DNA from: Candidatus Moraniibacteriota bacterium
GTDB lineage: Bacteria; Patescibacteriota; Minisyncoccia; JAHIHE01; JAGLIN01
Direction: 5' to 3'
Assembly: GCA_030641185.1 (NCBI GenBank)
Contig: DAOWHY010000015.1
Span: 1-33,190, forward strand
DNA length: 33,190 nt
Numbering within the stretch: position 1 is the first letter of the stretch; each line of letters starts with the position of its first letter. The notes under the pieces were generated by a model that made no database searches, was not told the origin of the DNA, and saw nothing but the letters and a program-made list of their open reading frames with translations. Shown here one piece after another: positions 24,862 to 33,190 of the stretch. Both the position numbers and the translations under genes were made by a program.

Positions 24862-25521
24862 ATGAACAAACTAAAAATCATCTCAGCAATACTTCTTATT
24901 TTCATCGGTGTAGCTGGTAGATTTATTCTGGTTGAATATGTCGGCATTCCTAATTTTGAAATAATCACCGCATTATCTTTGATCGCGGGAATATATTTGG
25001 GCGGGGTTTATATGATTATCGTCCCACTGGCAATAATATTTTTAAGCGACTTGGTAATCGGCAATAATTATATTTTTATTTTTACTTGGACAGCGTTTAT
25101 GTTTATTGGGTTGTTTGGATTTTTATTTAGAAAAAAAACTTGTCATTCCCATGAAAAAATTTGTCATTCCCGCACTGAAACAAAGTTCAGCATAAACTCC
25201 GGCGGGAATCCAGTAAACACGACTAATAGTAATTCTAAAAATTTTCCATTCAAAAATTCAATAAAATTAGCATTAATTTCTTCTATATTTTTCTACCTCT
25301 ACACCAACTTCGGCTGGTGGCTGATGTCGGGAATGTATGAGCATACTTTATCGGGACTAATAAGATGCTACTATATGGCAATTCCGTTTTTTAGAAATAA
25401 TTTAATGGGAAATTTGATTTTTGTGCCAATGGGGATTTATGTCGCTTCAAAAGCGGTTTATTGGGTTGAAAATAAAAATTGTAACTTATCTAAATGGAAA
25501 ATAAAACTCAAAACAAAATAG
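24862..25521 (+). CDS. Polytopic membrane protein (ECF S-component/DUF6580-like), interrupted by a repeat-derived loop
   Basis: Hydrophobic helices lie on both sides of a polar insert, TCHSHEKICHSRTETKFSINSGGNPV. The family call is tentative. Confidence 0.65.
   Translation: MNKLKIISAILLIFIGVAGRFILVEYVGIPNFEIITALSLIAGIYLGGVYMIIVPLAIIFLSDLVIGNNYIFIFTWTAFMFIGLFGFLFRKKTCHSHEKICHSRTETKFSINSGGNPVNTTNSNSKNFPFKNSIKLALISSIFFYLYTNFGWWLMSGMYEHTLSGLIRCYYMAIPFFRNNLMGNLIFVPMGIYVASKAVYWVENKNCNLSKWKIKLKTK
25141..25212. repeat. In-frame TGTCATTCCC...GGGAATCCAG palindromic element inside a CDS
   Basis: 72 nt, codon-aligned. TGTCATTCCC is duplicated at 25141 and 25162. The inner sequence CTGAAACAAAGTTCAG resembles the 18461-18662 arms. 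Confidence 0.7.
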
Positions 25522-26621
25522 GCGCTTTTCCTTCGCAGTATATAAAAAAAATGATGGAAAGCGGGGAAATAAAGAACGCTGATGAGAATAATCTTCAGCC
25601 GGCGAGTATTGATTTGAGCATTTCCGAAGAGGGCTATAGAATGAAAGGAGCGTTTTTGCCGAGAAAAAATGAAAGCGTTCGTGATATTATAAAAACAGAA
25701 TCTTTATATAAAATAGATTTAAATAATCCTTTGGAGAAAAATGGGATATATTTAATTAAATTGAATGAAAGTTTAAATCTGTCCGAAAATATATTCGCTT
25801 TTTCTTCTTCAAAAAGTTCTACGGGACGAGTTGACTTACAAACAAGATTAATGATTGATAATTATTCAAGATTTGACAGCGTTCCTTTTGGTTATAAAGG
25901 CGAATTATGGCTTCAGGTTATTCCGAAGTCATTTTTAATAAAATTAAATTATGGAGACAATCTAAACCAAATTAGATTTTTCAATGGCGAAGCAAAACTT
26001 AATTACGAGAAAATAAAAGAAGCTTACTTAAAATATAATCTTCTTTTTGATGAAAATTCAAATATTATAAATCCTGATCAGAAATCGGCGATAGATAATA
26101 ATGGTAGTATTGTGATGAGTATAGATCTTGATGGAGGAAAAAGCGATAAAATAATTGGTTATAAAAATTTATTAATTGACAGTGTTTTGGATTTTTCAAA
26201 AAAGAATTATCATAATCCGGTTGATTTTTTTGAACCGATTTATTCTCCAAAAAATGGCAAGCTAATTTTAGAAAAGGAATCTTTTTATATTTTTTCTACG
26301 AAAGAGCGGATTAGAATCCCTGACAATTTCGCTTCAGAGATGATCGCTTACGATATTTATAATGGGGAATTCCGAAGCCATTACGCTGGTTTTTTTGATC
26401 CGGGATTTGGCTATGGAAAAAACGGAGAGATTAAAGGAAGACAAGCGGTTTTAGAAATCAGATCTTATGAAAATAATTTCATCTTTCGGGACAATCAACC
26501 GATTTGCCGAATGAATTTTGAAAAACTGATAGAGCCAGCTGACTTTATCTATGGCGAAGAAATTGGTTCGCATTATGCAGAACAAACCGGACCGAAATTG
26601 AGTAAGCATTTTAAAAATTAA
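25494..26621 (+). CDS. dcd: Long-form 2'-deoxycytidine 5'-triphosphate deaminase
   Basis: The N-terminus GAFPSQYIKKMMESGEI...LQPASIDLS fits the long DCD family. It overlaps the upstream gene by 28 nt. Confidence 0.75.
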   Translation: MENKTQNKIGAFPSQYIKKMMESGEIKNADENNLQPASIDLSISEEGYRMKGAFLPRKNESVRDIIKTESLYKIDLNNPLEKNGIYLIKLNESLNLSENIFAFSSSKSSTGRVDLQTRLMIDNYSRFDSVPFGYKGELWLQVIPKSFLIKLNYGDNLNQIRFFNGEAKLNYEKIKEAYLKYNLLFDENSNIINPDQKSAIDNNGSIVMSIDLDGGKSDKIIGYKNLLIDSVLDFSKKNYHNPVDFFEPIYSPKNGKLILEKESFYIFSTKERIRIPDNFASEMIAYDIYNGEFRSHYAGFFDPGFGYGKNGEIKGRQAVLEIRSYENNFIFRDNQPICRMNFEKLIEPADFIYGEEIGSHYAEQTGPKLSKHFKN

Positions 26622-26682
26622 CTTTTATTTTTTTTCGTGATAATTTTTATATTATGAACATTGACAAAGGAGATAGAAAATA

Positions 26683-28191
26683 ATGAACGAAAAAATTAAA
26701 ACTAAATGGCCTGCTTATAAAGACAAGATGTTAGTTGCGGGTAATCAAAATAGCCAAGTAGCAATCTGTACTCTGTGGACAAAAAAGGAGTTAATGGCCG
26801 AGAAGTTAGACATGAATAAAATTTCCGTGATTGGAAATTTGTATTCTCCCAAGAGGGGAGTTAGTTTTTTAGTCAGGAATATTTTGGCAAATCCTAAAAT
26901 TAGATATCTGATTGTTTGCGGATTGGATAGGTCTGGCAGCGGACAAGTTTTGGTTGATCTTGCTAAAAATGGATTTAAAAAAAATGAAAGCAAAAAAAAT
27001 AGTAGAGACTATTGGCAAGCAATCAGCAATATTGAGAACAGGATAGATATTGAGATAGAGAGAAAGGCGCTGGAAACTTTTTGCAAATTCGTAGAAGTAA
27101 TAGACGCGCGGGAGGAAAAAGATCTTGGGAAAATTCAAAATGTAATTGATAATCTAAATCAAAATCTACCGTCTTTTATTCCAGATCCCTTGATTTTTCC
27201 GGATCCGCCCAAAGAAAAAACAAATATTTTTCCTGCTGAATCGTCCGCGCATGTTATTAGAGGAGAAAGAATTGCCGAGGTTTGGCTGAAAATTCTGGAT
27301 CATATCTTAAAATTTGGAATTACAGATCAAACTGCTTATCAGAATCAACAGAAAGAAATCATAGACATAATTTCTGTAATCTCAGACGAAGATCCTGATA
27401 ACTTATATATTCCGGGGTGGTTGCCAAATAATAGAGAACATCTAAAGAATTATCTGCCAACTATCTTAACGGGAAATTGTCCTACTGGAACTTCTTATAC
27501 TTATGGTTCCAGAATGCGAGATCATTTTGATGTTGATCAAGTTCAAAATGTGATTGACGAACTTAAGCAAGAGAAATATAGCCGCAGAGCAACAATTAGT
27601 CTTCTTGATCCAAGGATTGACACTAAAAGCAAAAATCCGCCCTGCTTAAACCATTGTTGGTTTAGAATTCAACAAAATAGATTATATCTAGTGTCCACTA
27701 TACGAAGCAACGATATGTTTGAAGCTTGGCCGGAAAATGCGTTTGGTTTAAGGATGTTGCAAAATTTAGTTTGGAAAGAGCTTTTGGGAACTTATTCCGA
27801 AATAAAACTTGGCAATCTTGAAATCCATTCTTTATCTGCTCATGCCTATGACGATTCGTGGGAAGAAGCAAAACAGACTGTGGAAAAGTATTATAATCAA
27901 GTTGTTCCGCATCCAAGAAATATTAGAGATCTGCGAGGAAACTTTATAATCAGGATTGAGAATAATGAAATTATCGTTGAACACTACTCGTCTGATGAAG
28001 TTTTGCTTAATGTCTATAAAAACAAAAAGGCAATGCCAATTTATTTTGAATTAAGCAGGAATGAAGCAATTTCTCTTGTTTCTCATGCTTTATATATCGG
28101 CACCGAATTGCAAAAAGCGGAGGTAGCAATAAAACTGGGAATTGAATACAAGCAAGACCAAGAATTAGATCCAAATACATTAAATTTATAA
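26683..28191 (+). CDS. MtrA-like/DUF4346 domain fused to thymidylate synthase (ThyA-like)
   Basis: SD AAAGGAG upstream. N-terminal AICTLW...ANPKIRYLIVCG. C-terminal PPCLNH (Cys321, nt 27643-27645), RSND and WPEN. Confidence 0.8.
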   Translation: MNEKIKTKWPAYKDKMLVAGNQNSQVAICTLWTKKELMAEKLDMNKISVIGNLYSPKRGVSFLVRNILANPKIRYLIVCGLDRSGSGQVLVDLAKNGFKKNESKKNSRDYWQAISNIENRIDIEIERKALETFCKFVEVIDAREEKDLGKIQNVIDNLNQNLPSFIPDPLIFPDPPKEKTNIFPAESSAHVIRGERIAEVWLKILDHILKFGITDQTAYQNQQKEIIDIISVISDEDPDNLYIPGWLPNNREHLKNYLPTILTGNCPTGTSYTYGSRMRDHFDVDQVQNVIDELKQEKYSRRATISLLDPRIDTKSKNPPCLNHCWFRIQQNRLYLVSTIRSNDMFEAWPENAFGLRMLQNLVWKELLGTYSEIKLGNLEIHSLSAHAYDDSWEEAKQTVEKYYNQVVPHPRNIRDLRGNFIIRIENNEIIVEHYSSDEVLLNVYKNKKAMPIYFELSRNEAISLVSHALYIGTELQKAEVAIKLGIEYKQDQELDPNTLNL

Positions 28192-28260
28192 GATCTTTTG
28201 ATATCTTATTTTTTTGTGATAAAATAAAAGTAAAGAATTTATGAAGTTTAATAAACAAAA

Positions 28261-28953
28261 ATGCTAAAAAATAAATTTAAAGGGAAACTTATTGTCATAG
28301 ATGGAATAGATGGAGCGGGGAAAGCGACACAGACAAAGATATTAATAAAGCATCTCAAAAAACTTAAATATAAAACAGCGACTTTGGATTTTCCGCAATA
28401 TTACAATAATTTTTTCGGAAAGACAATTGGCAGATTCTTAAACAATGAATTTGGCGACGCGCCAAAAACAAGCCCGTACTTAGCGTCAGTTTTGTATGCC
28501 GCGGATCGCTGGGAAGCGAAAAATAAAATTGAAAAATGGTTGAAAGAAGGAAAGATTGTGATTTTGGACAGATATTCTTCTTCAAATCAAATTCATCAGG
28601 GCGGCAAAATTTCAGATCCTAAAAAAAGAAAAGAGTTTTTAAATTGGCTGGAAGAGATGGAATTTAATGTTTTTAAAATTCCGAAACCCGATCTGATTAT
28701 TTTTCTTAATGTTCCGTATAAAATTTCCAAAAAATTGTTAACCAAAAAAGTTTCCCGAAATTATATTAAGAGCGCGAAAAATGACAAAGTAGAAAAAAGC
28801 CGCGTCTATCAAGAATCATCCTATTCACAATCGCTGAATTTGGTTAAAAAATATAACAATTGGGCAGAAATAAATTGTATCAGAAATAATGAATTATTAA
28901 GTCCAGAGGAAATAAGCGATTTAATTTGGAGTAAGCTTGGAAGATTTTTGTAG
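28261..28953 (+). CDS. tmk: Thymidylate kinase
   Basis: P-loop IDGIDGAGKATQ, DRY motif and LID-region lysines. Confidence 0.9.
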   Translation: MLKNKFKGKLIVIDGIDGAGKATQTKILIKHLKKLKYKTATLDFPQYYNNFFGKTIGRFLNNEFGDAPKTSPYLASVLYAADRWEAKNKIEKWLKEGKIVILDRYSSSNQIHQGGKISDPKKRKEFLNWLEEMEFNVFKIPKPDLIIFLNVPYKISKKLLTKKVSRNYIKSAKNDKVEKSRVYQESSYSQSLNLVKKYNNWAEINCIRNNELLSPEEISDLIWSKLGRFL

Positions 28954-28966
28954 ATATTTATAAATG

Positions 28967-28994
28967 TTGACAAGTTTTTTGTTGATGGTATGTT
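28967..28994 (+). promoter_or_regulatory. Promoter candidate TTGACA-16-TATGTT
   Basis: Consensus -35 box, TG dinucleotide two bases upstream of the -10 box (extended -10 like), about 20 nt upstream of the 29015 ATG. Confidence 0.5.
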
Positions 28995-29014
28995 GATACA
29001 GGAGGCGAAAATAA

Positions 29015-29311
29015 ATGCCAGAAGAAATATTACCGGAAAAAAGGGAAGAATTAATGAAAATTGCCAAAGATGTCGGCGATAAAGTTAAAGAGGAAAGAAG
29101 AAAAAAACCACCAGAGCCATTAGTTCAGAAGTTTTCGTTTGACCCTGCTTCTGAAAATAAATGGGAGATAGAAAAGCTTCAAAAAGAAAATGAGAAGCTT
29201 AAAGAAACAATAAGAGAATTAAAAAAAGAACTTGATGGGAGAGTTAAGAAAGTGGAGGAAGAATTGAAAGATCTTGGAAAGATGATTGAACAAAAAAATC
29301 CTAAACAATAA
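29015..29311 (+). CDS. Coiled-coil protein (98 aa), unknown function
   Basis: SD AGGAGG upstream and heptad-rich Lys/Glu sequence. Confidence 0.65.
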   Translation: MPEEILPEKREELMKIAKDVGDKVKEERRKKPPEPLVQKFSFDPASENKWEIEKLQKENEKLKETIRELKKELDGRVKKVEEELKDLGKMIEQKNPKQ

Positions 29312-29336
29312 GGGCAACGCCCTTTATTTTTTTGTT
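29310..29336 (+). terminator. Intrinsic terminator
   Basis: AAGGGC-aac-GCCCTT followed by TATTTTTTTG. Confidence 0.7.
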
Positions 29337-29435
29337 TTATTAAGATATAATAAGTTTACCGTAAGTAGAATATAGGGATTAACTAAATATATAAATTCTA
29401 AGAAGCTAAAAAGCTACAAGCTAATAACCTAATCT

Positions 29436-31382
29436 ATGACTTCCAAAGAACTGCGAAAAAAATATATAGAATTTTTTAAATTAAAAGGACATAGAGAAAT
29501 TCCTTCGGCTTCGTTGGTGCCGGAAAATGATCCGACGGTACTTTTTACGACCGCTGGGATGCATCCGCTAGTGCCGTATTTGATGGGCGAAAATCATCCG
29601 GCCGGAAAGCGGATAGTTAATGTCCAAAAATGTGTCAGAACTGGAGACATAGACGATGTCGGCGATAGCACGCATAATACTTTTTTTGAAATGCTGGGCA
29701 ATTGGTCGCTGGGAGATTATTTTAAAGAAGATTCAATTAAATGGAGCTGGGAGTTTTTGACGGATAAAAAATGGCTGGGGATTGATCCTGAAAAAATAAA
29801 GGTTACAGTTTTTGAAGGAGATAATGACGCGCCAAGAGATAAAGAGTCAATTAAAGTTTGGCAAGAGTGTTTTGAAAAATCGGGAATTTCTGTTGAAGTT
29901 TATGATAAACAAAAAAAGAATAACGAAACCGCGAGAATTTTTCCTTTACCGAAAGAAGATAACTGGTGGGGTCCAGCTGGAAAAACATGTCCGTGCGGTC
30001 CTGACACGGAGATTTTTATTGATTTAGATAAACCGGTAAATTTTGAAAAATGTCCAAGTGGTGATGATTGCAAACCAGGATGTCATTGTGGGAGATATGT
30101 GGAGATTTGGAATAATGTTTTTATGGAATATAATAAAACCGTGAACGGAAAATATGTTCCACTTGCGAAAAAAAATGTTGATACGGGAATGGGGTTGGAA
30201 AGAACGCTGGCGGTTTTGAATGGGTTTGATAATGTTTATGAGACAGACGTGTTGAAGCCGATTGTCAAGAAAGTTCAAATTCAGATAACAGACGAATCCC
30301 TTATTCCAATCCTTTCTCAAAAGGCAAGAGAGATAGAAGAAATCAAATCAGTTAAGATTATTGCTGATCACATTCGAACTTCAGTTTTTATGATTTATGA
30401 TGGGGTTATACCTTCAAATTTGGACAGAGGTTATATTGTGCGTCGATTATTGAGGCGTGCCATTCGACATGGAAATTTATTGAGGTTGCCCAACGGATTT
30501 TTATTGCCAATTGTCGAAACTGTGATTGAAATTTACAAAGAATTTTATCCAGAACTTGAGAAAAATAGGGATAAGATTTTAGAGGAGATTAAAAAAGAAG
30601 AGGAGAAGTTTGGAAAGACATTAAATCAAGGAGCAAGAGAGTTGATAAGATTAGTATTAAGGATGAAAAATTTTGATTCCAATAATCAAGAAAAAATAAA
30701 TATAATAACTGGTAAAGATTTATTTTATGTGTTTTCAACTTTTGGTTTTCCTCTGGAATTAAGTTTTGAATCAATTGAAATCATGGCTATTTCACCTGAA
30801 TTAAAGATAAAATTAGATAAAGAATTTTATAATAAAGAGAGGATTACAAAAGAGTTTAATAAAGAACTAAAAAAACATCAAGAAAAATCCCGCACCGCCT
30901 CAGCTGGGAAATTCAAGGGTGGGCTGGCGGACGCAAGCGAAGAAACAACAAAATTACATACTACAGCGCATTTGCTTTTGGAATCTTTACGGAGAGTCTT
31001 AGGCGATCATATCTTTCAAAAGGGAAGCAACATCAACGCCGAGAGATTAAGATTTGATTTTTCGCATTCGGAAAAATTGATGGATGAAGAGAAACAGAAA
31101 ATTGAAAATTTAGTAAACGAGCAGATTCAGAAAAAACTTCCGGTAAATTGCAAAGAAATGAGCTTAGAAGAAGCAAAAAAAATAAACGCGATGGGCGTTT
31201 TTGAAAATAAATATGGTGAGAAAGTGAAAGTTTATACTATCGGGAAAGATGACGATATTTTCAGCAAAGAAATCTGCGGCGGTCCGCATATCAAAAATAC
31301 TTCTGAGTTGGGAAAGTTTAGAATTAAGAAGGAACAATCTTCCAGCGCGGGCGTAAGGAGGATTAAAGCGGTGTTGGAATAA
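29436..31382 (+). CDS. alaS: Alanine--tRNA ligase, short form lacking the C-Ala domain
   Basis: FTTAGM, WGPAG..CPCGPD.EIF, EIWNNVFM, editing-domain HTTAHLL and CGGPH. It ends at GVRRIKAVLE. Confidence 0.95.
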   Translation: MTSKELRKKYIEFFKLKGHREIPSASLVPENDPTVLFTTAGMHPLVPYLMGENHPAGKRIVNVQKCVRTGDIDDVGDSTHNTFFEMLGNWSLGDYFKEDSIKWSWEFLTDKKWLGIDPEKIKVTVFEGDNDAPRDKESIKVWQECFEKSGISVEVYDKQKKNNETARIFPLPKEDNWWGPAGKTCPCGPDTEIFIDLDKPVNFEKCPSGDDCKPGCHCGRYVEIWNNVFMEYNKTVNGKYVPLAKKNVDTGMGLERTLAVLNGFDNVYETDVLKPIVKKVQIQITDESLIPILSQKAREIEEIKSVKIIADHIRTSVFMIYDGVIPSNLDRGYIVRRLLRRAIRHGNLLRLPNGFLLPIVETVIEIYKEFYPELEKNRDKILEEIKKEEEKFGKTLNQGARELIRLVLRMKNFDSNNQEKINIITGKDLFYVFSTFGFPLELSFESIEIMAISPELKIKLDKEFYNKERITKEFNKELKKHQEKSRTASAGKFKGGLADASEETTKLHTTAHLLLESLRRVLGDHIFQKGSNINAERLRFDFSHSEKLMDEEKQKIENLVNEQIQKKLPVNCKEMSLEEAKKINAMGVFENKYGEKVKVYTIGKDDDIFSKEICGGPHIKNTSELGKFRIKKEQSSSAGVRRIKAVLE

Positions 31383-31387
31383 AAAAA

Positions 31388-31405
31388 ACTGGAATATTGT
31401 CCAGT
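31388..31405. terminator. Hairpin between convergent alaS and the zinc-ribbon gene
   Basis: ACTGGA/TCCAGT stem. The A8 run on + gives a T-run for the minus-strand transcript. Confidence 0.5.
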
Positions 31406-31420
31406 TAATTATTATAATGT

Positions 31421-31585
31421 TTATTTTTTTAAAGAAATTGTTCCTTCTATTTTTTTAACTTTTTGTTTTTTGTATCCGCAATTAAAACAGATGTTCATTT
31501 CTGGTGGAGTTATTGTTTTTTTATCTCCCATATCTACTTTCCCACATTCGCCACCACAGATAAAACTTATATTAGTATTCGCCAT
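31421..31585 (-). CDS. Small zinc-ribbon protein (54 aa)
   Basis: Hand-translated as MANTNISFICGGECGKVDMGDKKTITPPEMNICFNCGYKKQKVKKIEGTISLKK. A GAGGAG SD lies 9 nt upstream. Confidence 0.6.
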   Translation of the reverse strand: MANTNISFICGGECGKVDMGDKKTITPPEMNICFNCGYKKQKVKKIEGTISLKK

Positions 31586-31666
31586 TTGTTTTTTCTCCTC
31601 TGCTTATGTTAAAGCTTTTTCATATTAAAAAATAAAATGCTATTTGTCAATAGTTTACGCAATTGA

Positions 31667-31694
31667 TTGACATTTTTTTGATTTGTAATATACT
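31667..31694 (+). promoter_or_regulatory. Promoter candidate TTGACA-16-TATACT with overlapping inverted repeat
   Basis: TGTCAAT (31645-31651) and ATTGACA (31666-31672) flank or overlap the -35 box. Confidence 0.5.
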
Positions 31695-31737
31695 TTGTAA
31701 GTGAAGTGGAAATTGTGTAAATTTTAATCTCAAAACA

Positions 31738-32070
31738 ATGAGAAATTTAACATTCAATAAAATCTTTCGTCTTTTCTATCCAGCGCAATCGTCAGAAGAA
31801 ATAAGGGCGAAATATAATATTCCAGAAAAATTAAATATTCATGTTGAGCTTGTTAAAGATGGCTATTTTGTTTTGACTTGCAAAGAATTGCCTGGACTTA
31901 TTACAGAAGCAAAAGACGGCAAAGAGCTTATTTATATGTTTAACGATGCGGTGCTTACTTATTTTGATGTGCCTAAAAAAGTGGGGGATATTGTCCATCA
32001 GGAAATGAAAATTGACGGCTACGGCACTTTTGTATTACATGGAAATAATAAAGCATTACAGGAGGTTTAA
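31738..32070 (+). CDS. HicB-like antitoxin-fold protein
   Basis: YFVLTCKELPGLITEAKDGKELIYMFNDAVLTYF fits the HicB N-terminal (UPF0150) pattern. I saw no obvious DNA-binding tail. Confidence 0.6.
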   Translation: MRNLTFNKIFRLFYPAQSSEEIRAKYNIPEKLNIHVELVKDGYFVLTCKELPGLITEAKDGKELIYMFNDAVLTYFDVPKKVGDIVHQEMKIDGYGTFVLHGNNKALQEV

Positions 32071-32072
32071 AT

Positions 32073-32330
32073 ATGGGCAAAAATGATTTTAACAGAAGAA
32101 AGTGTATTAGGGCATTGAAAAAGTTGGGATTTGAAGAAAAGAGCAGCCGTCGCGGGAGCCACGACAAATTTGTAGTTCCTAAACGCTTTTTGAAAAATAG
32201 ACAATCGGATCAACCTCCTTTTATTATGATTCCCAGAAATAGAAATCTTCATTGCCAGTATGCGATAATTAGAGAGTTGTATAATTTTGGAGGAGATGAG
32301 TTGGTAAAAGATTTTTTGAAGAATATTTAA
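32073..32330 (+). CDS. hicA: HicA-like toxin (mRNA interferase family)
   Basis: ALKKLGFEEKSSRRGSHDKF core with the conserved GSH. Starts 2 nt after the upstream stop. Confidence 0.7.
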   Translation: MGKNDFNRRKCIRALKKLGFEEKSSRRGSHDKFVVPKRFLKNRQSDQPPFIMIPRNRNLHCQYAIIRELYNFGGDELVKDFLKNI

Positions 32331-32348
32331 AATTTAATTTTTAGGATT

Positions 32349-32567
32349 ATGAAAAACTTTATCAAAGAAAATTGATTCAAAATTGCAATATTAATAATTT
32401 TAATTTTACTTTCTTACACCTATTTCTCAAATAATAAATATTATTTTATGCACACTAAAGCAGAAGAAAAAAATATAATAATAAGATGTGACAAATTTTC
32501 TGGAAATTGTCGAGAAATTGGTTGTCCTCAAAAATTACCTCAAAGAAATAATATTTATATAAAATAA
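32349..32567 (+). pseudogene. Small membrane/secreted peptide ORF interrupted by an in-frame TGA
   Basis: MKNFIKEN-TGA-FKIAILIILILLSYTYF...RCDKFSGNCREIGCPQ. The TGA is at 32373-32375. Confidence 0.35.
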
Positions 32568-32605
32568 CTTTCAACTTTACAAACTTTTATAACTAACTAA
32601 AACTT

Positions 32606-33190
32606 ATGCCCAGAAAATACCCCATAGAAAAAATCCGCAATATTGGAATTATTGCGCATATAGACGCCGGGAAGACGACAGTCACCGAGCGAATTTTATT
32701 TTATACCGGAATCAGCCATAAAATCGGCGAAGTTCATAACGGCGAAGCGACGATGGATTGGATGGAACAGGAACAGGAAAGAGGAATTACAATCACCTCT
32801 GCCGCGACGACTTGTATTTGGAAAGATCATCAGATTAATATTATTGACACTCCGGGACATGTTGACTTTACCGCGGAAGTGGAAAGGAGCCTGAGAGTTT
32901 TGGATGGTGGCGTAGTTGTTTTTGACGGCGTAGCGGGAGTGGAATCGCAAAGTGAAACCGTCTGGCATCAAGCGGATAAATATCAAGTGCCGCGAATTTG
33001 TTTTATAAATAAAATGGACAGAATGGGCGCTGATTTTTATGCTGACCTTGATTCAATTTATAAGCGTTTAACCAAGAATGCTTTTCCAGTTCAACTGCCA
33101 ATTGGCGCTGAAGCTGATTTTAAAGGCATTATTGATTTATTTGAAAGAAAAGCCCGGGTTTATCAGGATGACTTAGGCACAAAATGGGAA
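32606..33190 (+). CDS. fusA: Elongation factor G (N-terminal 195 codons; 3' end outside window)
   Basis: [29 protein letters not shown]. The frame is open to the window end. Confidence 0.95.
   Translation, partial: MPRKYPIEKIRNIGIIAHIDAGKTTVTERILFYTGISHKIGEVHNGEATMDWMEQEQERGITITSAATTCIWKDHQINIIDTPGHVDFTAEVERSLRVLDGGVVVFDGVAGVESQSETVWHQADKYQVPRICFINKMDRMGADFYADLDSIYKRLTKNAFPVQLPIGAEADFKGIIDLFERKARVYQDDLGTKWE

Noticed and set aside
1-33190. Alternative genetic code (UGA recoded, as in some CPR lineages)
   Set aside because: TGA terminates mutM exactly at the conserved ...CDKCQK end. It also ends the ORFs at 8155-8556 and 21724-22791. Conserved genes show no internal TGA.

Overview
This is an AT-rich bacterial chromosomal window with about 45 protein genes, nearly all on the + strand. 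The backbone is housekeeping: mutM, a murD-like Mur ligase, a GH1 beta-glucosidase, a second clan GH-A hydrolase, corA, NUDIX, HAD, Fic, a PolB-exo-like exonuclease, ybjQ and secE-nusG-rplK...rplA. It continues with DUF4430 plus a membrane protein, dcd-(MtrA-like::ThyA fusion)-tmk, a short alaS, a hicB/hicA-like pair, and fusA cut by the window end. Small genes, a truncated AlaRS, many starts without a Shine-Dalgarno and the repeat content suggest a CPR/Patescibacteria-type genome; this is inference only. I found no rRNA, tRNA, CRISPR array, transposase or integrase. Five things stand out. (1) A diverged direct duplication of the rplK 3' end brackets an 807-aa surface-protein gene inserted between rplK and rplA. 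(2) A modular family of nested palindromic elements with TGTCAT...ATGACA ends sits directly 3' of + strand genes. (3) Palindromic, relatively GC-rich elements are inserted in-frame and apparently translated inside mutM, the murD-like gene and a membrane protein, much like Rickettsia RPEs. (4) A very AT-rich island of unknown genes (726-3172) ends in a protein with a HEPN-like RNxxxH motif. (5) A dcd / MtrA-like::ThyA / tmk pyrimidine cluster is present. All coordinates and identities were worked out by hand from the sequence and need computational confirmation.
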